A stretch of DNA of 64,000 nucleotides from Minisyncoccota bacterium (GTDB taxonomy: Bacteria; Patescibacteriota; Minisyncoccia; Phycocordibacterales; UBA9973), in NCBI GenBank assembly GCA_041664465.1, contig JBAYKP010000004.1, forward strand, positions 6,876 through 70,875, in the 5' to 3' direction. The stretch's first letter is position 1; each line of letters starts with the position of its first letter. Both the position numbers and the translations under genes were made by a program. Under the pieces are notes generated by a model. It worked only from the letters and a program-made list of their open reading frames with translations. It searched no databases and was not told the origin of the DNA. Positions 28,415 through 36,577 of the stretch are shown here, one piece after another.

Positions 28415-29254
28415 ATGAAAATTTCAATCTTGGGCTATGGAGTATTTGGTTCTGCTATTGCTTCTAGATTAGTTTTGAAGGGGCATCATATAATCAAAGA
28501 AGAAATTCATCAAGATACCGATATTGTCTTAGTGTCCGTTCCTTCTTATGCTGTCTCAGACGTTCTCATCTCTCATAAAAATGAAATTCTTAACAAGAAG
28601 ATTATAATCTGTTCGAAAGGTTTTGATAAAAGTGGGGAACTTTTTTCTAAGGTTTTAGAAAAAGAATTTCCCAATAATCCGATATATTTTTTATACGGGC
28701 CAACATTGGCAGAAGAACTTCGCCGAGGAGTCTTCTCTATAATGGTTCTAGCTGGCGGAGAAGGAAAAGAAGAATTGAAAAAGCAGATAGAGCTTCCAGA
28801 TTTAAGGATTAAATTATCTGACGATATTATTGGAGTTCAAGTAGGCTCGGCATTGAAGAATACAGTTGGGATATTTGTTGGATTAGTAGAAGGGGCAGGA
28901 TTGGGTGAGAATACTCAAGGTTTTGTATATTCTCAAGGTTTACAAGAAATACAAAAAATTGGAGTTTATATGGGGGCAAAATCTGAAACGTTTCTTGGTT
29001 TTACTTGCGCTGGGGATTTGTTTGTAAGGTCACGTAGTAGAATGCTAGGAGTAGAAATAGGTAAAGGACGACCCTTTGAAGAAGTAGCCAAAGAAATGGT
29101 GTATCCTAAAGAAGGCATTGCGTCATTATTAAATATTTTGAAAATGGATGGTAATCCTGATGTCAATTTAAATTTCTTCAAATTAATCAATGAAATTGTC
29201 TTTGAAAATATGCCAGTAAAAGAAGCGGTGAAAAGGCTAGCCGAGATGATCTAA
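28415..29254 (+). CDS. gpsA: NAD(P)H-dependent glycerol-3-phosphate dehydrogenase-like protein (short)
   Basis: 279 aa. Rossmann motif ILGYGVFGSAIA, GPTLAEE, GSALKNTVGIFVGL and CAGDLFV...SRSRMLG resemble GpsA. Confidence 0.6.
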   Translation: MKISILGYGVFGSAIASRLVLKGHHIIKEEIHQDTDIVLVSVPSYAVSDVLISHKNEILNKKIIICSKGFDKSGELFSKVLEKEFPNNPIYFLYGPTLAEELRRGVFSIMVLAGGEGKEELKKQIELPDLRIKLSDDIIGVQVGSALKNTVGIFVGLVEGAGLGENTQGFVYSQGLQEIQKIGVYMGAKSETFLGFTCAGDLFVRSRSRMLGVEIGKGRPFEEVAKEMVYPKEGIASLLNILKMDGNPDVNLNFFKLINEIVFENMPVKEAVKRLAEMI

Positions 29255-29881
29255 CTTTCTTCTACGGAAGAGATCTATGAAGAAGAATACGTAGCTCGTA
29301 CCCTTACTTGAAAGATTGAAGAGTATGCCAATAGTAAACAGTATCAATGCCAGATTGATACTTATAAACGATACGCCGATGGCTAAAATAGCAGACATAA
29401 TAGGGAAGAGTATATGCATTCGGGCATGTGCGTTTTCTATTTGCGTGAATGGTGCATTTTCAATAGTTTGAGATTTGATAGCGTAGCTACGCATCGCGAA
29501 AAGAGAAATGCCTATCAAAATAATATTTAAAGCGAAAAATATTGTAGCAGTTTCTGAGTAAATATATTGACCCAAGAAATGAGAAGAGAATGGCACAAGC
29601 CCAACGAGAAAGAAAAAGATTCCATTTAGATTTGCGAATTCTGCGTCAATATTTTTCACAAGGACTGAAGCTATGAAGTGATGGCTTCTCCAGTAAGTAA
29701 AAATGAGAGAGAAGCTAAGAAGATAACTTAAAAACAATGGATACATATTGATAAGAGAGTTGATAAGAGTTCCTTCACTCACTATCCCTACATAGTCAGG
29801 GACTCGTATCTCAAAAACCAAGATAGTCATAACGATAGCAAAGATGCTATCTGCCAGCTGGTCTAATCTAAATTGTTTCAT
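29237..29881 (-). CDS. DUF1211 / TMEM175-family membrane protein (putative K+ channel-like)
   Basis: RLDQLADSIFAIVMTILVFEI matches the DUF1211 signature (RLEAFSDGVFAIAITLLVLEI). About six transmembrane helices. The ORF-track start at 29890 is a TTG, so the ATG at 29881 is preferred. Confidence 0.6.
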   Translation of the reverse strand: MKQFRLDQLADSIFAIVMTILVFEIRVPDYVGIVSEGTLINSLINMYPLFLSYLLSFSLIFTYWRSHHFIASVLVKNIDAEFANLNGIFFFLVGLVPFSSHFLGQYIYSETATIFFALNIILIGISLFAMRSYAIKSQTIENAPFTQIENAHARMHILFPIMSAILAIGVSFISINLALILFTIGILFNLSSKGTSYVFFFIDLFRRRKLDHLG

Positions 29882-30280
29882 CCCGCACAAAGTAAAAGGT
29901 ATTTTTTATTTTTACTCTAATATTAAATAATAATTAAACTGTTTCCTCGCAAGAAGATATAAATAAACTTTGTGCGGGATTCATCATATACTTTTTATTA
30001 TATCATAATAATTTATGTATATAAAATAAAATACCCACATTGTAAATGGGTTTTTATTCATTATACAAAGACATACTATTGTGTACATCTAGGATTTAGT
30101 ACAAGGCACCCTATTGTCATAGGCTAGATACTTAAACTCAAGACAATCATGGATTATCATAATTGTCTCTAAAATGAGAGTAAGTTAAAACTAGGAGAAC
30201 GATTTCAGTTTTCATACCAGGCGTAACCTTTTGTTACTATTTTTTATTACCTTATCATAACTAGATATTTGAGGCAAGTT

Positions 30281-30862
30281 CTATTTAAATATTTCATCAA
30301 TAAGCGCTTCTAGCCCTTTTTTTGTCTTGTTTGAGAAGGGGATTATGGGGTAGATGTCGCCTGCCATTTTTTTTAGTTCTGTCATTTGTTTATGATATTC
30401 ACTTTGCGTCAGTTTGTCTATCTTGTTGGCAACTATTATGAAATTTTTCTGATGATTTATAAGCTCATTGAACATTAGGATATCTTTCTCGGTCATTCCG
30501 ACTGTTGCATCTATTATCATCACAACTTTTTTCTGAGTGTAAATAGAATTGAAAAGATAAGAATCTATAAGTTCGCCAATCTTCTCACGCCCTAATCCAG
30601 AAGACCTAGCGAAACCATAGCCAGGCAAGTCTACGAAGTAGAAAGAATCATTCAAATCATTTTTAACTAGAAAAATATTTATCTCTTGAGTTCTACCAGG
30701 GAATGAGCTAGTGCGAGATGCGCTACTTTTAGTCAAGGTATTTATAAGGCTTGATTTGCCGACATTTGAACGCCCCACAAAGGCTATCTGAGGCACTCCA
30801 TCAGCCAGTATCTCATCATCTGAAACTAGCCCTTTTATAAACTTTGTAGAAGTAATTTTCAT
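30281..30862 (-). CDS. engB: Ribosome biogenesis GTP-binding protein YsxC/EngB
   Basis: 193 aa with G motifs IAFVGRSNVGKSSLIN, DLPGYGFA and NKIDK. Confidence 0.85.
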   Translation of the reverse strand: MKITSTKFIKGLVSDDEILADGVPQIAFVGRSNVGKSSLINTLTKSSASRTSSFPGRTQEINIFLVKNDLNDSFYFVDLPGYGFARSSGLGREKIGELIDSYLFNSIYTQKKVVMIIDATVGMTEKDILMFNELINHQKNFIIVANKIDKLTQSEYHKQMTELKKMAGDIYPIIPFSNKTKKGLEALIDEIFK

Positions 30863-31124
30863 AAGTCTATATTAGCAGAAAAGTGAAGTTATTGCGAAGG
30901 GTAAATTAGCGGACCATGAGTACATTTCTCGCCCGCGACTAAAACTTTTTCGTCAAAAAGTTTTGTCTGGGAGTCTCACGACACGATTTACTAATCGCTA
31001 GCTCATCTATTTTCTCTACTAAGAAAATATGATTCCGCTGTTCTCGTCCGCACGCAAAGTATGCAGATACTTTGCTTAAGGTCCACACTCAAAATAGCCT
31101 TATATTATAAGGTTATTTTGGCTG

Positions 31125-31197
31125 TGGACCTTAGCGGACTCGAACCGCTTACCTCCTCATTGCAAATGAGGCGCTCTACCAGATGAGCTAAAGGCCC
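31125..31197 (-). tRNA. tRNA-Ala (anticodon UGC)
   Basis: The reverse complement is GGGCCTTTAGCTCATCTGGTAGAGCGCCTCATTTGCAATGAGGAGGTAAGCGGTTCGAGTCCGCTAAGGTCCA. It has the G3:U70 identity pair, anticodon loop TTTGCAA and T-loop GGTTCGAGTCC. Confidence 0.88.
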
Positions 31198-31268
31198 TAA
31201 AACAATTAATAATTACTAATTAAGAATTAATAATTAAGATATCCCTATATTACCTTATTTTATATTTT

Positions 31269-31296
31269 TTGCAAGACATATAAAAACTGATATAAT
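31269..31296 (+). promoter_or_regulatory. Sigma70-like promoter: TTGCAA, 16-nt spacer, TATAAT, ending 6 nt before the ATG at 31303 (leaderless-type)
   Basis: -35 at 31269-31274 and -10 at 31291-31296. Confidence 0.45.
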
Positions 31297-31302
31297 ATAT
31301 TT

Positions 31303-31575
31303 ATGCAAACAGATTTTTCTAATTCTATTTCAATTAATATTGAATTTGATAAAAATTTAGAAAAAATAACTGGTACTTCGGGTCACACAGTAGTGATGAG
31401 TACGGGTGCTAACTTTATGTTTTTACTTAATAGTATTTTTATGGAATATCCAGAAATAATGAAAATTTGTAAACCAGGGGAATTAGGGTTCACTATCAAT
31501 GGTTATCCACCTAAAGAATATAGTCCACTTTTTGATAAAGACGTAGTTAGTTTTGTGGTAATACAAAACCTTTAA
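31303..31575 (+). CDS. Hypothetical small protein, possibly a beta-grasp (MoaD/ThiS-like) fold without a terminal Gly-Gly
   Basis: 90 aa. The pattern ...ITGTSGHTVV...FTINGYPP...LFDKDVVSFVV resembles the MoaD/ThiS beta-grasp consensus, but the protein ends IQNL. Confidence 0.3.
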   Translation: MQTDFSNSISINIEFDKNLEKITGTSGHTVVMSTGANFMFLLNSIFMEYPEIMKICKPGELGFTINGYPPKEYSPLFDKDVVSFVVIQNL

Positions 31576-31627
31576 ATAGATTCATACTTAGGTGTCAAAG
31601 TTATTAACATATATATTGTACAATATA

Positions 31628-31655
31628 TTGACAATATTTTTCATACATATATAAT
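31628..31655 (+). promoter_or_regulatory. Sigma70-like promoter: TTGACA, 16-nt spacer, TATAAT, ending 6 nt before the ATG at 31662 (leaderless-type)
   Basis: -35 at 31628-31633 and -10 at 31650-31655. Confidence 0.5.
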
Positions 31656-31661
31656 GAAAAT

Positions 31662-32441
31662 ATGATTAAAAATATATTTCTATTAGAACTAAGGAAAACT
31701 AATAAGTTATCTCAGGCTTTTATGGCTCAAAAGATAAGTGTTTCTCGTGCCAGTTATATTGAAATTGAAAAAGGAGCAAAAGAACTTACTCTTTCACAAG
31801 CACAAAAAATTGCTGATATTTTTAATATATCTCTCGAGTCTCTTATTTCTGGTAAAAAAACTTCTGAAATAGAAGTATCTTTTAGTAAAGAAAAAAATAA
31901 AGAAGAGAAAAAAGAACTTCGTATTGATGTTCCACAAAAAAATATTAAAAAATTTAAAGAAGTTCTATTATATATATTAGAAAAAGTTGGAAGCAAGTCT
32001 AATGTTGGAATGACTGTTTTGTATAAACTTCTGTATTTTATAGATTTTGACTATTATGAAAAATTTGAAGAGCAATTAATAGGGGCCACATATATTAAGA
32101 ATCATTTTGGGCCGACTCCTATTGAATTTAAAAAGATTGTAGAGAATCTTGAGTTAAAAGGAGAACTAGAAACTGTAAAAAGTAAGTATTTTCTACATGA
32201 ACAGACCAAATATCTATCTCGTCGTCAACCTGATATATCTGTCTTAAGTGCTCAAGAGATAAAGCATATAGATGAGGTTCTTTCTAGACTTTCTGATAAA
32301 TCTGCAACCGAATTAAGTGATTATTCGCATTTAGATATTCCATGGCTAGGAACAGAAGATGGAAAGGTAATAAAATATGAATCTGTTTTTTATCGAACTA
32401 AAGATACATCAGTAAGAATATATGCCGATGATAACTTATAA
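31662..32441 (+). CDS. HTH (XRE-family) fused to a Panacea/DUF4065 (SocA-like) domain; putative antitoxin
   Basis: N-terminal HTH_3 (LRKTNKLSQAFMAQKISVSRASYIEIEKG). The C-terminal LYKLLYFIDFDYYEKFEEQLIGATYIKNHFGPTP matches the Panacea/DUF4065 signature. Confidence 0.6.
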   Translation: MIKNIFLLELRKTNKLSQAFMAQKISVSRASYIEIEKGAKELTLSQAQKIADIFNISLESLISGKKTSEIEVSFSKEKNKEEKKELRIDVPQKNIKKFKEVLLYILEKVGSKSNVGMTVLYKLLYFIDFDYYEKFEEQLIGATYIKNHFGPTPIEFKKIVENLELKGELETVKSKYFLHEQTKYLSRRQPDISVLSAQEIKHIDEVLSRLSDKSATELSDYSHLDIPWLGTEDGKVIKYESVFYRTKDTSVRIYADDNL

Positions 32442-32793
32442 AAAGACAGAGGATTTTGAAAAAGATCTCAAACGGCTTCTTAAAAAATTTCCAACATTGG
32501 TTGAAGATATTGAAATTGCCAAATCTTTTGCGATAGAGATGTATCACCTAAAGAATATAGACAAGAGATCGATTTTTCCGATTCCAAATTTCTTTTCTGA
32601 AACAATAAAAATCTGTAAACTCAAAAAGTTTGCTTGTAAATCTTTAAAGGGGCGTGGTGTAAAAAGTAGAATAAGAATTATATATGCTTTTTACGTAGAA
32701 ACTAAAACAATAGATTTTATTGAAATGTATTTTAAAGGAGAAAAAGAAATAGAAGATAAAGAGAGGATAAAAGAATATTTAAAAAACATTTAA
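32422..32793 (+). CDS. RelE/ParE-fold toxin-like protein, overlapping the Panacea gene by 20 nt
   Basis: 123 aa. The basic C-terminal region RIRIIYAFYVETKTIDFIEMYFKGEKE fits the RelE/ParE pattern (R.iY....e...v.il.i..r). Confidence 0.45.
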   Translation: MPMITYKKTEDFEKDLKRLLKKFPTLVEDIEIAKSFAIEMYHLKNIDKRSIFPIPNFFSETIKICKLKKFACKSLKGRGVKSRIRIIYAFYVETKTIDFIEMYFKGEKEIEDKERIKEYLKNI

Positions 32794-32795
32794 TA

Positions 32796-34118
32796 TCAGA
32801 AGAGAGAAATTATCGCTGCGACGGCGGTGATTCCCATAAGTATAGTGGCGGCCCAACCTAGGAATCTGGTAATGGGCTTATTTTTATATTCACCCATTAT
32901 TTTATGGCTACTACTTATTTTTACAATGAAGACGAGGATGACAGGAGCTACGATGCCATTAGCTATAGCCGAGTAGATGAGAGCTTTAATAGGGTCTATC
33001 CCTATGAAATTCAAGATTATTCCTATGATTATAGAAATAGCGATAATTGCATAGAAAGCGTGAGCCGTTTTATATTTGCGATAGAGACCTTCTTTCCATC
33101 CGAAACTTTCAGATATAGCATAAGCAGTAGAGCCAGCAAGGACCGGTATAGCAAGAAGTCCAGTCCCGATAATTCCAATAGCGAAGAGGAGAGTAGCGAA
33201 TGGTCCTGCAAGTGGTCTTAAGGTCAAGGCAGCATCAGATGCTGTACCAATATTTGTAATTCCATTTACAAAGAGAGTATTTGCACAAACTGCAATGATA
33301 AAGAACATCACAATATTTGATAAGAACATTCCAATCCAAATATCTAGACGCATTTCTTTTACTTCATTGTGAGTTGTTCCTTTACGTGAGGCTACTGTCT
33401 TCTTGCCATCTCGGATTTCTTCTTCTATCTCTTCCGACGTTTGCCAGAAAAAAAGATAAGGAGAAATAGTTGTTCCCAATATTCCTGTTATAAGTAGGAT
33501 TTGAGTTTTAGTAAATGTTATTTGTGGTATAAGTCCATCGTGAAGTAAGAGAGACCAATCCATATGAATTATTAATCCGGTAGCAATATATGCGAAAACT
33601 GCAATGACAAGCCACTTTAAATATTTGGTATATATTCTATATGGCACTATTATTTCCAATAATAATCCTGCCAATCCAGTGAAGATAACTAGAAAAATAA
33701 AAGAAGCTTTTGGAGCTAAGAGTTGTACGGCCTTTGCCATCGCCCCCAAGTCAGCCCCGATGTTTAATGTATTTGCAAAGAAAAGAAGAATAGTACAAAC
33801 ATATAGAATTTTTTTAGAAAAATTTCTTTTAATATTTGAAGCCAGTCCTCGCCCTGTGACCATCGCTATGCGGGCGCACATTTCTTGGACCGTAGCCACA
33901 AGAGGATAAACCCAAACCGCCATCCACAAGAGACTTGTGCCGTATTGAGCTCCTGCTTGAGAATATGTGGCGATACCAGCTGGGTCATCATCTGCTGCCC
34001 CTGTGATAACTCCAGGTCCAATCTTTTTCAAATACTCTGTTCTTTCTTGTAATAAAGATTCTTTTTCTTCTGCCAGGGTTACTTCTTCGTCTTTTGGTAT
34101 CATTTTTTCATCTTTCAT
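32796..34118 (-). CDS. mntH: NRAMP-family divalent metal (Mn2+/Fe2+) transporter
   Basis: 440 aa. NRAMP signature GPGVITGAADDDPAGIATYSQAGAQYG and about 11 transmembrane helices. Confidence 0.85.
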   Translation of the reverse strand: MKDEKMIPKDEEVTLAEEKESLLQERTEYLKKIGPGVITGAADDDPAGIATYSQAGAQYGTSLLWMAVWVYPLVATVQEMCARIAMVTGRGLASNIKRNFSKKILYVCTILLFFANTLNIGADLGAMAKAVQLLAPKASFIFLVIFTGLAGLLLEIIVPYRIYTKYLKWLVIAVFAYIATGLIIHMDWSLLLHDGLIPQITFTKTQILLITGILGTTISPYLFFWQTSEEIEEEIRDGKKTVASRKGTTHNEVKEMRLDIWIGMFLSNIVMFFIIAVCANTLFVNGITNIGTASDAALTLRPLAGPFATLLFAIGIIGTGLLAIPVLAGSTAYAISESFGWKEGLYRKYKTAHAFYAIIAISIIIGIILNFIGIDPIKALIYSAIANGIVAPVILVFIVKISSSHKIMGEYKNKPITRFLGWAATILMGITAVAAIISLF

Positions 34119-34171
34119 ATATTATATAATATACTATTTTAAAAGAATTTGGTACAATATAAGTACTACTT

Positions 34172-35713
34172 ATGGCGCTAAACAAACCAAACAAAATTCA
34201 GATAATAAAATATGCTCCACCACCACCAGATCTGCCGACGTTGGGTAGAGTAGATCCAAGTGATGTTGCTTTCATTGGCCGTACAAATTATGTTGCTTCT
34301 CTTGAAGAAAAGAGGTTTGTTTTCGGTATCAAGCGTATAGACCGTAGACGTCATATGTACATCATTGGTAAATCTGGAGTTGGTAAATCTAAACTTCAAG
34401 AATTAATGATTCGCCAAGATATTGCTTATGGGCATGGTGTCTGTATTATTGATCCACACGGTGAGCTCATAGAAGATATTTTGAATTTTATCCCAGAAGA
34501 AAGAATCGAAGACGTCTGCGTAATAGATCCGGGAGATATTGATTTCCCTTCATCCTTTAATCCGCTTGCCAATATTGACCCAACTTTCAAACATCAACTT
34601 ACTCAAGGGTTGATAGAAGTTCTCCGTAAGCAGTTCGGAGCGAACTGGACGCCACGTCTAGAGCACGTTTTTCGTTTTACGGTTCTTGCCTTGCTTGACT
34701 ATCCATTTGCGACAATGCGCGGAATGATAAGTATGCTAACTGATCGTAATTATCGTCAGAAAGTGGTGGAGTATATAGAAGACGACATGGTCAAAAGATT
34801 CTGGGCTATAGAATTCGCTGACTGGTCTGAGAAGTTTGATACGGACGCCATCATTCCTTTGGTGAACAAGCTTGGGCAATTCCTTTCTGATCCAATGCTC
34901 CGAAATATTTTCGGACAGAAAGAAAATAAAATAGATCTAGAACAAATAATGAATGAGCAGAAGATTCTGATGATTAATCTTTCTAAGGGTAAGATTGGTG
35001 AAGAGAACTCATCTTTCTTTGGAGCGATGTTCCTTACCAAGATCAAGCAGGCTGGTATGGCTCGTGCCAAGCTTGAGCCGAAAGATCGTGCGGACTTTTA
35101 TGTTTATGTGGATGAGTTCCAAAACATTGTGACAGATACATTTGAGAACATTCTTTCAGAGGCTCGTAAGTATGGATTGAACCTCATTATCGCTCACCAG
35201 TATATAGCGCAGTTATTACCGAAAGTTCAGCAAGCTGTCCTTGGTAATGTGGGCTCCATAGTGACATTCCGTGTTGGAGGTGATGATGCTACGAAGTTGA
35301 AGCCCGAGTTCGCACCAGTCTTTGATGTGAAAGATATGATTAATCTTGGAGTTGGAGAATTTTATATTAAGATGACGATTGATGGAGAAAGTTATGATCC
35401 GTTTTCAGGAGAGACATTGAAAGTTCTTCCCGCGACACATCCTTCTTATAGGCAAAGAGTTATAGAAGCTTCACGTCGCAAATATTCTATCCCTGCTGGT
35501 GACGCTCAGCGTTTGATAGCCGAAGAAGAAGCCACTATCATCCGTAGTGCTCAAGAAAAGGCTGCAATCACTGGCAAGAAAGGAAAAAGTGAAGAATCTA
35601 ATGAAGAAGAGGAAAACAATAAAGAAGAAAATGATGAAATAGAAAATAAAGAAGAACAAAAAAGCAAACCAAAACCTAAAAAAGAAGAAAAAGGCGGCGA
35701 GCCATTAATCTAA
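34172..35713 (+). CDS. Soluble P-loop ATPase, TraD/VirD4 (type IV coupling protein)-like, of the FtsK/HerA superfamily
   Basis: 513 aa. Walker A IIGKSGVGKS, Walker B YVYVDEFQN, a T4CP-like AHQYIAQL motif, and an acidic low-complexity C-terminus. No transmembrane helix. Confidence 0.5.
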   Translation: MALNKPNKIQIIKYAPPPPDLPTLGRVDPSDVAFIGRTNYVASLEEKRFVFGIKRIDRRRHMYIIGKSGVGKSKLQELMIRQDIAYGHGVCIIDPHGELIEDILNFIPEERIEDVCVIDPGDIDFPSSFNPLANIDPTFKHQLTQGLIEVLRKQFGANWTPRLEHVFRFTVLALLDYPFATMRGMISMLTDRNYRQKVVEYIEDDMVKRFWAIEFADWSEKFDTDAIIPLVNKLGQFLSDPMLRNIFGQKENKIDLEQIMNEQKILMINLSKGKIGEENSSFFGAMFLTKIKQAGMARAKLEPKDRADFYVYVDEFQNIVTDTFENILSEARKYGLNLIIAHQYIAQLLPKVQQAVLGNVGSIVTFRVGGDDATKLKPEFAPVFDVKDMINLGVGEFYIKMTIDGESYDPFSGETLKVLPATHPSYRQRVIEASRRKYSIPAGDAQRLIAEEEATIIRSAQEKAAITGKKGKSEESNEEEENNKEENDEIENKEEQKSKPKPKKEEKGGEPLI

Positions 35714-35791
35714 TTAACTTTGTTTACAAGGCAATCCAGAGTGGTATAATTATAATACAAGGTCGCAAAGCTTAATTTCTCTATATATTTT

Positions 35792-36097
35792 ATGGTATTT
35801 ATCTATACAACATGTAAAAATGTAGAAGAGGCACAAAAGCTAGGAGGACTTATTATAAGTAAGAAAATAGCTGCTTGTGTGGATTTCTGGCCTATATCTT
35901 CTTGTTATAATTGGAAGGGAAGTCTTCAATGTATATCTCAGGCGATGCTTTTGATCACTACTTTTGAATCAAAATTAGAAGAAGTGAATCAAATCATTTC
36001 AGAGAACCATACTTATAGTACTCCTCTTATCGCCGGAGTGGATGTCCGTCGCATTAATCACCCTTATAAAGAATGGATGATGGAAGAAATAGTTTAA
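35792..36097 (+). CDS. cutA: Divalent-cation tolerance protein CutA
   Basis: 101 aa. IYTTCKNVEEAQKLGGLIISKKIAACVDFWPISSCYNWKGSL...HPYKEW matches the CutA1 family. Confidence 0.75.
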   Translation: MVFIYTTCKNVEEAQKLGGLIISKKIAACVDFWPISSCYNWKGSLQCISQAMLLITTFESKLEEVNQIISENHTYSTPLIAGVDVRRINHPYKEWMMEEIV

Positions 36098-36107
36098 TGC
36101 CTTTTAT

Positions 36108-36527
36108 ATGAATTCAAAGAAAATTTTAATTTTTGGAGTATTTGATGGTATACATGATGGCCATATGCATTTTGTAAATGAAGCTAGAACGCATGGCGAT
36201 CACCTCGTAGCTGTCGTGGCGCGTGATGCCGTGGTAGAAGAACTGAAAGGTGTATTACCAAAAGAGAATGAAGTAGAGAGAATAAAAGAACTTTTAAAAA
36301 TTCCCGAGATAGACCTCGTGCTTTTAGGAGATCCACAGATTGGTACTTATAATGTGCTCAAAGAAGTGAAGCCCGATATTGTATTCCTTGGATATGACCA
36401 AGAGGCACTTAAAAAAGATTTAGATAAGAAAATAAAAAGTGGTATTTTAAAAGATATAGAGATTGTCATTGGCACATCGCACAAAGGAGAAGAATTGCAC
36501 TCATCAATTTTGAAAAAGAAAAAATAA
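36108..36527 (+). CDS. Cytidylyltransferase-like nucleotidyltransferase (HxGH motif)
   Basis: 139 aa. ILIFGVFDGIHDGHMHFVNEAR carries the (T/H)xGH nucleotidyltransferase signature. Confidence 0.55.
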   Translation: MNSKKILIFGVFDGIHDGHMHFVNEARTHGDHLVAVVARDAVVEELKGVLPKENEVERIKELLKIPEIDLVLLGDPQIGTYNVLKEVKPDIVFLGYDQEALKKDLDKKIKSGILKDIEIVIGTSHKGEELHSSILKKKK

Positions 36528-36577
36528 ACTCGGAACCTTTTATATTTTAAAGAATCAAGGTATACTATAACTAATCT

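Noticed and set aside
27864-28427. Minus-strand 187-aa ORF opposite the histidine-kinase gene.
   Set aside because: It is antisense to a gene with clear HATPase_c motifs and is hydrophobic and low-complexity.
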